Origin: Methanomassiliicoccaceae archaeon
GTDB lineage: Archaea; Thermoplasmatota; Thermoplasmata; Methanomassiliicoccales; Methanomassiliicoccaceae
Direction of reading: 5' to 3'
Length of the DNA stretch: 64,000 bases
Assembly: GCA_040776945.1 (NCBI GenBank)
Contig: JAXGZN010000001.1
Location: forward strand, 64,001 to 128,000
Both the position numbers and the translations under genes were made by a program. The notes under the pieces were generated by a model. That model worked only from the letters and a program-made list of their open reading frames with translations. It had not been told where the DNA came from and ran no database searches. Positions 42,801-51,391 of the stretch are shown here, piece after piece (the first letter of the stretch is position 1; every line of letters starts with the position of its first letter).

Positions 42801-42935
42801 ATGTACAAGTGCGGGAACTGCAACGAGCCCGTCCGCTCCAACGTCAACACCGTGGGGATCCAGTGCGAGAAGTGCGGTTCCAAGATCTTCTACAAGGAAC
42901 GTCCGAACGTTAAGAAGGTCGTCAAAGCCCGGTGA
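42801..42935 (+). CDS. rpoP: RNA polymerase subunit P (Rpo12), below ORF-track cutoff
   Basis: Hand translation: MYKCGNC...IQCEKCGSKIFYKERP...KAR (44 aa). Confidence 0.93.
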   Translation: MYKCGNCNEPVRSNVNTVGIQCEKCGSKIFYKERPNVKKVVKAR

Positions 42936-42938
42936 AGG

Positions 42939-43172
42939 ATGCCTCAGGCAACCCTTCGCTTGGCCACTCCGCACGGCAAGGCGGTATTGGAAGCCCTCCG
43001 CCCCGAGGTCGGGAGGGAGATCCCCCGCACCCGGGCCAGCATCGCCCTGGGGGAGACGGAGATCGTCCTCGATATCGAGGCCGCCGACCTAGGCGCGCTT
43101 CGGGCAGCGCTAAATTCATATCTCAGGTGGATAAGGATCTCAGAAGAGATCGGCAGTATGGTAGGTGAATAA
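42939..43172 (+). CDS. pcc1: KEOPS subunit Pcc1
   Basis: ALRPE...DLGALRAALNSYLRWI, in the canonical rpoP-pcc1-pfdB context. Confidence 0.9.
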   Translation: MPQATLRLATPHGKAVLEALRPEVGREIPRTRASIALGETEIVLDIEAADLGALRAALNSYLRWIRISEEIGSMVGE

Positions 43173-43173
43173 T

Positions 43174-43563
43174 ATGAACGAACTTAGTCCCAAGGTCCAG
43201 AACCAGATCGCTCAGTTCCAGCAGCTCCAGCAGCAATTGCAGGCAGTGCTGAACCAGAAGTTCCAGATGGACGCACAGCTGAAGGAGATGCAGCGCACCA
43301 CCGAGGAGCTGGGAAAGGCCCCAGAGGACGTTGTTATCTACAGGTCCGTAGGTTCGCTGATGATCAAGGCGGAGAGCAAGGAGTCCGTGCTCAAGGAGAT
43401 CGAGGAGGACCAAGAGACCATGGAGGTCCGGATCAAGACCCTTGAGCGGCAGGAGAAATCCCTTAAGGACCGCTACCAAGTTCTCCAGGACCAGCTGAAC
43501 AAGGCGCTATCGGCCGGCGCGGCGGCACCGATCCCTCAGATGGGCAGAGCGCCCGGCGAGTGA
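43174..43563 (+). CDS. pfdB: Prefoldin beta subunit
   Basis: Coiled coils flanking IYRSVGSLMIK. Confidence 0.94.
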   Translation: MNELSPKVQNQIAQFQQLQQQLQAVLNQKFQMDAQLKEMQRTTEELGKAPEDVVIYRSVGSLMIKAESKESVLKEIEEDQETMEVRIKTLERQEKSLKDRYQVLQDQLNKALSAGAAAPIPQMGRAPGE

Positions 43564-43589
43564 TCGCTTTTCTAGCTCTTCGCGCATTC

Positions 43590-43610
43590 GGCCGGCCCGG
43601 CCTTTTTTTT
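43590..43610 (+). terminator. Hairpin plus T8 after pfdB
   Basis: GGCCG-GCC-CGGCC-TTTTTTTT. Confidence 0.6.
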
Positions 43611-43689
43611 GTTTTTCTCTATTATCGCCGTTCATCGATCATCTCGCCTCAAGGAAAGGTCTAATAGCAATGTCACATACCTCTTCTGG

Positions 43690-44643
43690 ATGCTGTCCAC
43701 CATCGTTCAGAAGCTCAGTTCAGGAAGGAAGGTCGTGCTCCTCCACGGGAACGCCGACCCCGACGCCCTGGGCTCGGCATATGCATTGTATCGGGCCTTC
43801 CCTGATACTACGGTGGTCGCGCTGGGCGGCTTGGACCGTCTGGCCAAGGTCATGGCCATCAATCTCGAGTTCGATGTGATGGGCTCTGTAGACCTGGACG
43901 CCTTCGACGTGGTCGTCGCGGTCGATTCCTCGTCCATGGAGCAGGTGGGCATCGACCTTCATGGCCGAGACATAGTGGCCATCGATCATCACGCTCCATG
44001 CGGGGATTGGGACGGGGCGCTGTTCTACTGTGACGAGTCGAGGCGAAGCTGTGCGGAGATCGTGTTCGAGATCCTTAAGCGTGCGGGAACGGAGGTCGAT
44101 CGGCGCCTGGGGCTTGCCCTGGCGGTCGGAATGTTAACCGATAGCGGGCACTTCCGTTTTGCAAATTCCGCCCTGATGCGCACCTTCTCCGAGGTGATGG
44201 AGGTCAGCGGCATTAACATGGACGAGGTCATGGACCTCACCGACCTTGAGCCGGACGTTTCTGAACGCATCTCTCAGCTCAAGGGAGCCCAGAGGATGCG
44301 TTTCGATCGGCTGGGGGACCACATCGTGGCCATCTCTCTGGGAAGCGCTCATGAGAGCTCCGTGTGCAAAGCGATGCTCAATATCGGCGCGGACGTCGCC
44401 TTCGTCGGTTCTCAACGCGACGAGCGGTTCCGCATCAGCGCGAGGGCCCGCCAGGACGTGGTAAGGAAGGGGTTGCACCTCGGCAAGCTTTTGGACGAGG
44501 TGGGCGGAGAGACCAGCAACAACGGCGGGGGCCACGCCGGCGCCGCCGGACTGACAGGAGTGGGTGACGTGGAGGCTGTTCTGAACATTTGCATGTCCAA
44601 ATCGATGGCCTTCTTTAGATATCTCCGTAATTCTCAGAGCTGA
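43690..44643 (+). CDS. DHH/DHHA1 phosphoesterase
   Basis: HGNADPDALGS, IDHH, TDSGHF, GGGHAGAAG. Confidence 0.92.
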   Translation: MLSTIVQKLSSGRKVVLLHGNADPDALGSAYALYRAFPDTTVVALGGLDRLAKVMAINLEFDVMGSVDLDAFDVVVAVDSSSMEQVGIDLHGRDIVAIDHHAPCGDWDGALFYCDESRRSCAEIVFEILKRAGTEVDRRLGLALAVGMLTDSGHFRFANSALMRTFSEVMEVSGINMDEVMDLTDLEPDVSERISQLKGAQRMRFDRLGDHIVAISLGSAHESSVCKAMLNIGADVAFVGSQRDERFRISARARQDVVRKGLHLGKLLDEVGGETSNNGGGHAGAAGLTGVGDVEAVLNICMSKSMAFFRYLRNSQS

Positions 44644-45337
44644 ATTTTTCGACAGCCTCCCGTAGACAGGTCACCCTGTCGAAGCCTTGACCCATGAACT
44701 CCATCCGGCGGTCCAGCAGCATGCCGCGTATACCTGCCTTATTAGGTCCTTCGACGTCCCATACGGGGTTGTCTCCTATGAACAGACAGTCGCCTGGATC
44801 GGCCCCTGCAGCCCTGAGCGCTTGGGCATAGATCCGCGGATCCGGCTTTCGCCACCCCGCGTCCCGGCAGAACACCGAACCATCTATGCGCGAGCTGATG
44901 CCTTCTCGCGATAGCTGTTCCCGCCATAGTTCGGCCGGGCTCCCCCAGGTCGTGTTGGAAACGACCACAGCCCTTATGCCTAGATCGCGGAGCACATCGA
45001 GGAACGGCAATGTATCTTCATATGTTCTAGCTTGAGCGAAGAGAGGGGCCATGAACGAGCGGCAAAGGGCAGGCAGAAGATCGGAATCGCTGTCGTCTAC
45101 CTCGAACGTGCGGCGCAGGCGGATCTCGAGGGGGCGTACTTCCGGATCGTCGGGGCTCTGTGCATTGCGGCTCCATCGGGCTTCGAGCACGGCCAAAGGA
45201 GGCACCCTTATTCCTACTGAGAGGAGGAGCTGACCCGCCAGGGTCAAGGACCGAGGAAGCACCAGTCCGGGCGTGGTGTGGCCGAAGTAGTCGACCAGGG
45301 TCCCCCCCAGGTCTACGAGGATGGCGCGGAGGGTCAT
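44615..45337 (-). CDS. HAD-superfamily hydrolase
   Basis: DLGGTLVD, VSN, KPDPRIY, IGDNPVWDV. Confidence 0.88.
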   Translation of the reverse strand: MTLRAILVDLGGTLVDYFGHTTPGLVLPRSLTLAGQLLLSVGIRVPPLAVLEARWSRNAQSPDDPEVRPLEIRLRRTFEVDDSDSDLLPALCRSFMAPLFAQARTYEDTLPFLDVLRDLGIRAVVVSNTTWGSPAELWREQLSREGISSRIDGSVFCRDAGWRKPDPRIYAQALRAAGADPGDCLFIGDNPVWDVEGPNKAGIRGMLLDRRMEFMGQGFDRVTCLREAVEKFSSENYGDI

Positions 45338-45409
45338 GCTCCTACCGAGGATGTGCTTGATAAAAATAGCTGACGCTCAACGCTTCACGGCCCAGTGGGG
45401 GTTGCGTGT

Positions 45410-46453
45410 TCAGCTTAGCCCGATAGCCCTCCTCATTGCGAGGTAGTTCTCCGGCTTCCTGTCGAAGTATTCCCGGGCCGGAGCAAGGAGGTCGCTGAGC
45501 CCTTTGGCGACTCCGGACTTAAGGTCCATGGGATGGAGCTTTCCAGAGGCGTAGGTCTTCTCGAGCTCGTCGTAGGAGCGGAACTCCAGGCGGCCGCCGA
45601 ACTTCTCCGGGCGGTCGATCACGAACTCCGGGATATTGGGGAACAGCAAGTATCTGCAGATGGCGAGCAGGGGGTTCCCTTCCACCTCAGGCGGACAGAA
45701 CGCCTTCTTGATCTTCCGCTCGATGTCCTCGGGCGAGTCGTGTATCAGGATCCCGCTGTCGGGATCGGACTTGGACATCTTGTTGGCAACAGGGTCCATG
45801 CGGTTCGTGCCCTTCAGCCCCGGGAGCAGAGGCGTGTGCAATGCTACCGGGACCTTCCACTTCAGCTTCTCCGCGGCCTCGCGGGCCAGCATGTGCGCTC
45901 TCCGCTGATCTATGCCGGCATAGGCAACATCGATATCCATGCGGAAGATGTCCGTTGCCTGCATTAGCGGATAAAGGAACTTGGAGGAGTCGAGCTCGGC
46001 GTCGTCCTCCTTGCGGCCCATGATGGTCATGGCCCGCTTTATTCGGGAGAGCGAGGTTACCTTTCCTACCTTCATCAGCATCTCCCAGTACCTCATGTCC
46101 ATTATCTCCGAGGCGAGGACGAACTTCACCTTGTCCCTGGGCACTCCCAGCGCCTCAAAGCAGTCCTTCATGTACTCGGCACATATCCGGATCCGCTCGA
46201 TGTCCCCGCCCAGCTTGTCGTTTATGTATGCATGCCAATCGGCGAAGAAAATGTTGACTGAGAACCCAGCGTCCACCAGGTCCTTGATCTTGTGAGCGAC
46301 CAGCGCCCAGCCCAGGTGGACAAGCCCCGAGGGTTCGAATCCGATATAGGCCTTGGGAGATGGATTGGTAGCAAGGATATGCTTAAGCTCCTCCGCTGTT
46401 ACTATCTCCTCGGTGTTCCTGGCCAGAAGGTTGAACCTCTCTTCGTTGCTCAT
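45410..46453 (-). CDS. tyrS: Tyrosyl-tRNA synthetase
   Basis: AYIGFEPSGLVHLG, YPLMQATD, GIDQR, KMSKS. Confidence 0.97.
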   Translation of the reverse strand: MSNEERFNLLARNTEEIVTAEELKHILATNPSPKAYIGFEPSGLVHLGWALVAHKIKDLVDAGFSVNIFFADWHAYINDKLGGDIERIRICAEYMKDCFEALGVPRDKVKFVLASEIMDMRYWEMLMKVGKVTSLSRIKRAMTIMGRKEDDAELDSSKFLYPLMQATDIFRMDIDVAYAGIDQRRAHMLAREAAEKLKWKVPVALHTPLLPGLKGTNRMDPVANKMSKSDPDSGILIHDSPEDIERKIKKAFCPPEVEGNPLLAICRYLLFPNIPEFVIDRPEKFGGRLEFRSYDELEKTYASGKLHPMDLKSGVAKGLSDLLAPAREYFDRKPENYLAMRRAIGLS

Positions 46454-46662
46454 ATCGCTCAGGTACCGATTCCCTGTTGGTTATTTATCGTTTAGGGGCG
46501 CCGCCTGACGTGATCCCCTATTCTTGCATCGAGGCCTCCAGCTTAAATTTCTCCAGGGGCTGACGTCAAATAGCGCTTTATGACGCTCAGAGGCACCCCG
46601 AAGGCATCCGGAGATCGTCATGCAAGGACGTGCTAAACCCTTGGAGGCCACGTCCCCATGCT

Positions 46663-47136
46663 CTATCCGGCCGATTCCGGGAGGTCTTCCTTCAGCCATG
46701 GCCCGATCTGGGCGTTCCCGCCTGCAGTGACCGCCGTGAACCTGCCCGGGTGATGCTTGGTCAGCATCTTCCTCACTGCCTTGCCCGGGCTCAGGACATA
46801 GACCTCATCGTTCGGGCGGAACATGAGCAGGAAGTTATCGACCATATCAAGGGCGATGTGCCTTCCTCGCTTGCTCGGGATGACATAGAGCACATCCAAC
46901 CTCCTGCTCGCGGAGCAGTAGGAGTAGAACCCTACGATGCTCGGAGGCCTCTCCTTGGTAATGACAAGCTTTGCTTCCGACCCCTCCTCGATGCGCGGGA
47001 GGTTGATGCGCTCCCGAGGGGAATAACACCAACGGAACCGGCCGTCCTTGCCTTCCTCGTTGCATTGCTCCACAAGCTCGTTTATTATCCAATAGTCCTT
47101 ATAGTTCCTAGCCTTGATGAATTTGAACCGTCCCAT
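46663..47136 (-). CDS. Orphan GNAT-fold acetyltransferase-like protein (157 aa)
   Basis: RBS GGTGGTGAT before the ATG. VGFYSY strand and motif-A-like LDVLYVIPSKRGRHIA. Confidence 0.65.
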   Translation of the reverse strand: MGRFKFIKARNYKDYWIINELVEQCNEEGKDGRFRWCYSPRERINLPRIEEGSEAKLVITKERPPSIVGFYSYCSASRRLDVLYVIPSKRGRHIALDMVDNFLLMFRPNDEVYVLSPGKAVRKMLTKHHPGRFTAVTAGGNAQIGPWLKEDLPESAG

Positions 47137-47319
47137 CCCATCACCACCTAGCTTGCCGCTATGCGGTCCGTTCAAACACCCTTGCTGGCCTTGAGGCATG
47201 ACCTGTGGACGATATAGAGGTGACGGCCTGATTCAAAATCATTGGACCATGGGGTCGGAGAAGGCGTTTAGGGCCGTGCCTATGCACGACCTTTGGTCTA
47301 TCTCATCACGCGACTGGCC

Positions 47320-47472
47320 CTAGATTTCCTGCGCTTTGAGCGTCATGTTATCGCTCTTCTCCACCGGCTCGGGGTGCTTCAGGGGCGAGCGAGGCCCCTG
47401 CTCTTCCTTGAGTCCGCTCAGCAGGCGGGCCGCCATCTTGGCCTGGAGGATCTCCGAGTCTCTCATGTCCAT
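47320..47472 (-). CDS. Small hypothetical protein (50 aa)
   Basis: G-rich stretch before the ATG, AT-rich promoter-like region upstream, codon usage resembles neighbours. Confidence 0.4.
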   Translation of the reverse strand: MDMRDSEILQAKMAARLLSGLKEEQGPRSPLKHPEPVEKSDNMTLKAQEI

Positions 47473-47581
47473 TCCCCCGCATCCCCTAAGACAGCTGACG
47501 ACCAAGTGCAGTTAATGATTAGAGCGACTAGTATTTCAAACGATGGATAATATTATCGCCTTTGATATATTCGCGGGACCT

Positions 47582-47866
47582 TTATCCTCCGGCGGTCATC
47601 GGAAGTATGGAGACCATATCGCCGTCCTTTAGGGAGGTTCCCAAACCGTTCAGGTGGGAGATGTTCCTCCCGTCGATGAGGATGAACAGCATGTCGGAGA
47701 GGTTCTCGCCGTCGGGGTACAGATAACTGCCAACAGGGGCGCCGAACCTCGAGACCATTTCGTCAAGAAGTCCACCTACGGTCGCCATCGAGGCATCTAC
47801 CTGGACCTGGCTGCCACCGATTATGGAGGCGAGGCGTCCCAACGTACGCACTGTCACCCGAACCAT
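47582..47866 (-). CDS. MoaD/ThiS/SAMP ubiquitin-like protein
   Basis: Beta-grasp pattern ILIDGRNI...LKDGDMVSILPMTAGG with C-terminal GG. Confidence 0.9.
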   Translation of the reverse strand: MVRVTVRTLGRLASIIGGSQVQVDASMATVGGLLDEMVSRFGAPVGSYLYPDGENLSDMLFILIDGRNISHLNGLGTSLKDGDMVSILPMTAGG

Positions 47867-47867
47867 A

Positions 47868-49217
47868 TCATAGCCTCGTGACCAGGTCCTCAGCGGCAAG
47901 GTTCACAGGGTCCTTGACCATTGAGGTGGGCGGACAATACGCGTTCTCGAAGGAGCTCACGAACTCCTCGGCCGTCGTCCCCTTCATTATCGCCGCTGTG
48001 AGCCAGTTGATGCGGCCATTGACATCATCTCCTGCGACGACCTGGGCGCCGAGGAGACGATGGGTCTCCCTGTCGGCGATCATCTTCACGATGAGCCTCT
48101 TGCCCCCCGGATAGTACCTAGCACAGGTGAGCCCGGCCCCATAGCCCTCTACCACCTCCACACCAAAATGATCGGCGAGGCCCGTGGACAGGCCCGTTCC
48201 TCCGACCTGGAGCTCGCCTATTTGAGAGACCCAGGGGCTAAGGACGGAAGGGAAGGTGGCATAACCACCAGCAGCGTTGATGCCGGCCACCCGGCCCTGC
48301 CTCACCGCTGTAGAGCCGAGCTGGCTCATGGTGGGTCCCGGTACGGCCGCACTTTGGCACATCATTATGTCCCCTGCCAGATAGATGTCCTTGACCAATC
48401 GGCCCTTTCGATATGGCTGCAGGGTGGGGGAAGCCCTCACCGCCCCCAATGGACCGATCTCCAGGCCCATGGAGTTGGGCAGCTCCAGGTTGGCCCTCAC
48501 CCCCGTGGACATTATGACCATTTCACAGGGGACCTCGGTCTTACCGGCAAGGACCGAGGTCACCCTGCCGGGACCCTTTATCGCGCCCAGCGGCGCCCCC
48601 ATGATGAACTTGATCCCAAGATCCTCGCAATGCCCCTGGACCTCCTTGGCCATGTCAGGGTCGCAAATGCGCGGTATTACCTGAGAGAACATCTCGACCA
48701 CGGTGACCTCCTTGCCTGCGCGGCGGAGGGCCACCGCCATCTCCAGGCCGATGACCCCGGCGCCGGCGACGACCGCGGAACGAACCGAGGGGAGTGCCCT
48801 CTGGATGTCCATCCCGTCCCGGATGAAGCGTACCTTGAACACCCCTGGAAGGTCTGCTCCCTCGACGGGCGGCACGAAGACCGTTCCCCCAGTGGCCATT
48901 ACAAGAGCGTCAAATTGGTGTTCGGACCCATCGTCCAGAACGATGAGCTTGGCGTCCGCGTCCACAGACCTTACCCTCGTCGCGGTGCGGATGTCTATGT
49001 TCCTCTCTCGACGGTAGAACGCGGGATCGTGCATGATTATGGAACTGAAGCTCTCGATCTTGCCCTCGAGGACAAAGGGTATCGCACAGGGAGAGTAGGA
49101 AACATGCTCCTCGCTGGTGAAGACCGTTATCTCGGCGTCCTTGTCTGTTGCCCTCGCCGAGGATGCCGCGGTCATGCCTGCGGCCCCTGACCCAATGATC
49201 ACAATCCTCTTGGCCAT
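47868..49217 (-). CDS. NADH oxidase / CoA-disulfide reductase-like flavoprotein
   Basis: GSGAAG, SYSPC (redox Cys), GAGVIGLE, AGD, YYPG, YCPP. Confidence 0.88.
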   Translation of the reverse strand: MAKRIVIIGSGAAGMTAASSARATDKDAEITVFTSEEHVSYSPCAIPFVLEGKIESFSSIIMHDPAFYRRERNIDIRTATRVRSVDADAKLIVLDDGSEHQFDALVMATGGTVFVPPVEGADLPGVFKVRFIRDGMDIQRALPSVRSAVVAGAGVIGLEMAVALRRAGKEVTVVEMFSQVIPRICDPDMAKEVQGHCEDLGIKFIMGAPLGAIKGPGRVTSVLAGKTEVPCEMVIMSTGVRANLELPNSMGLEIGPLGAVRASPTLQPYRKGRLVKDIYLAGDIMMCQSAAVPGPTMSQLGSTAVRQGRVAGINAAGGYATFPSVLSPWVSQIGELQVGGTGLSTGLADHFGVEVVEGYGAGLTCARYYPGGKRLIVKMIADRETHRLLGAQVVAGDDVNGRINWLTAAIMKGTTAEEFVSSFENAYCPPTSMVKDPVNLAAEDLVTRL

Positions 49218-49360
49218 TACGAGTCCTTCTGGTCCAGGATTGACCGAACAATATTAAAGCGTTGGCAGTAGGCCGTTCCCAGCAGGTAGCGGTGAGCGCG
49301 CTGGGCGGGCGAAGGAAAAGTAATAATCATTGAGCCTATGTCCATCAGGAAGGTGAGGTC

Positions 49361-50359
49361 ATGGCCCGAACTAGCACTGAGGACCTGAAGAGCCCGGTCA
49401 GCATCTGGAGGGAGCAGGATGTCATCGATGGCCGGAAGGTCGATGCTTTCGTTGCCATCCTGCGCACCCGAGGGTGCTGGTGGTCCTGGCAGAAAGGGTG
49501 CACTATGTGCGGCTACAACGCCGCAAGCTCGCGTGCGGTCACTCCAGAGCACCTCCGGGCCCAATTACAGAAGGCGGTGCAAAGATACCAGGGAGAGCCG
49601 ATGGTCAAACTATACACCTCTGGGTCCTTCTTGGACCCGGAGGAGGTCCCCCTGGCCCTGCGCGCCGAGATATTATCGTCCTTTGGCACGGCGGAAAGGG
49701 TCCTGTTCGAAAGCCGGCCCGAGTTCATAACCTCCACAAACCTGGATGGAATAGATCCCCGGTCAGCGGTCGCTATAGGTCTGGAGACGGCAAACGGGGA
49801 ATATCTGCGGAGATGCGTGCGCAAGGGCTTCACGGTCTCCGATTACGCGAAGGCGGCAGAGATGCTGCTCGAAAGGAAGATCCCTCTGCGAACATACCTT
49901 CTCCTCAAGCCCCCTTATCTTAGCGAGAGGGCAGCGGTGGAGGATGCCATCGCCTCCATCGGGTTCGCCGGCAGGTTCTCCGAGAGCGTCAGCATCAACC
50001 CGGTGAACGTGCAGCGAGATACCGTGGTCGACGCACTTTGGAGACGTGGCAACTATCGTCCGCCATGGCTGTGGTCCCTCGTGGAGGTATTGCGCCAAGG
50101 TAAGACCGTCACCTCAGCAAGGATCATGTCCTCACCATCCGGCGGCGGAACCCCGCGCGGGGTGCACAACTGCGATCGCTGTGACAGAAAGATTCTTGAT
50201 GCGGTCCTGCGTTTTTCGTTCGACCAGGACCTTGATGGCCTCGAAGGGATGGAGTGCGGATGCCGGCAGGAATGGACCGCGGTTATGGACCTCCAGGACG
50301 CCATGGGGACCGCGGTCGACGTGGCCAGATACCTGAGCGATGAGCTGGAGTTCGAATAG
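49361..50359 (+). CDS. Archaeosine biosynthesis radical SAM protein RaSEA
   Basis: LRTRGCWW...GCTMCGY, YTSGSFLD, ESRPE, GLETA, YLLLKP, YRPPWLWS, RGVHNC. Confidence 0.88.
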   Translation: MARTSTEDLKSPVSIWREQDVIDGRKVDAFVAILRTRGCWWSWQKGCTMCGYNAASSRAVTPEHLRAQLQKAVQRYQGEPMVKLYTSGSFLDPEEVPLALRAEILSSFGTAERVLFESRPEFITSTNLDGIDPRSAVAIGLETANGEYLRRCVRKGFTVSDYAKAAEMLLERKIPLRTYLLLKPPYLSERAAVEDAIASIGFAGRFSESVSINPVNVQRDTVVDALWRRGNYRPPWLWSLVEVLRQGKTVTSARIMSSPSGGGTPRGVHNCDRCDRKILDAVLRFSFDQDLDGLEGMECGCRQEWTAVMDLQDAMGTAVDVARYLSDELEFE

Positions 50360-50369
50360 AGGGATTGAA

Positions 50370-50690
50370 ATGGATTTTGACATAAAGAAGGGGCACGGTG
50401 CAAGCTTGGAAGGCGACGGCCTAAAGAACCTGATGACGAGCGTACTGGGCGACGTCAGTGAGGAGAACGGCGCGCTGGTGACCTCCTTTGGAGCGACCAC
50501 CCGGTTCGAGGTAAGGCTGCTGAGCAGGAGCGTTCTGTCAGTTGTGAGCACGTCGGACAAGAACGCGACCACTGAAGCTATGATGGTATCCAACCGCAAG
50601 TACAACGATTTCATGGAAAAGGCCACCGGATTCAATGCCAAGGAGAGGTCCAAGCGCTTGCAGAAGAAGGCCAAGGAAGGCAAGCTCTGA
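50370..50690 (+). CDS. Conserved archaeal protein (DUF5611-like)
   Basis: DIKKGH...SFGA...YNDFMEKATGFNAKERSK. Confidence 0.75.
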   Translation: MDFDIKKGHGASLEGDGLKNLMTSVLGDVSEENGALVTSFGATTRFEVRLLSRSVLSVVSTSDKNATTEAMMVSNRKYNDFMEKATGFNAKERSKRLQKKAKEGKL

Positions 50691-50772
50691 GGTCATGACG
50701 GCGCAGGTCCGGCCAGTCGGCCCATTGGCGGCACAGGCGTTGCTGGACCATCTCCCACCCTTCCCTTTCTAG

Positions 50773-51009
50773 CTACCGGCGGTGGTTCCCCCCGCCTCCG
50801 CCGCGACGCGCGAGCTCCTGAGGATGTTGCCTGTAATACGTGCTCAGATCGACGGCCGAGGGGTTCCGGCCGTTCAACCGCTTGAACTGGTCCTTGAACG
50901 CCTCGATGGTCGATGCCATGAACGGGTCAACGACATCGAAGTTCAGAAGGGTCCTTTGCGCTGGATCGTTCCCGCGGGGTTTTATCAAAGCATCCCTCTC
51001 CGACCCCAT
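50773..51009 (-). CDS. Small hypothetical protein (78 aa)
   Basis: TATA-like AAATATAT about 20 nt upstream, suggesting a leaderless transcript. No recognisable motif. Confidence 0.45.
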   Translation of the reverse strand: MGSERDALIKPRGNDPAQRTLLNFDVVDPFMASTIEAFKDQFKRLNGRNPSAVDLSTYYRQHPQELARRGGGGGNHRR

Positions 51010-51391
51010 GAATGTCCGTAGCAACATATATTTTCCACGGTCGACTTTCACTGTCCGCGTATCAGACGCCCTCTTGAGAACGGCACCGGTGCCGGGCATC
51101 GGCCAGGGGCCAAATGATCGGGCGGGTTGGACATGCCTGCACAGAGGCATGGAACGTTTTCTCTGACCCGGTACTATCGGTCAGAATCGGAGATCGTTGA
51201 GATGGTAAAGGCGGGCCTTCAGAGGCAATGGGCCGTCGCCGGCCGGGGAAGGGAACGCGTGATGAAAGGGCGGGATCTCTGGGTCTGGCCCTGATCGAGG
51301 CCGAACCGCGCCACATACATCACTGGTCCGACGGCCGCAGGCCTGCCCGGAGGTGATGGCGACCGTGGTTGGAAAGTAGATAACGAAGCGG

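Noticed and set aside
51259-51294. GTGATGA...CTGA as a C/D box sRNA
   Set aside because: Too short, with no credible C'/D' boxes or second guide.
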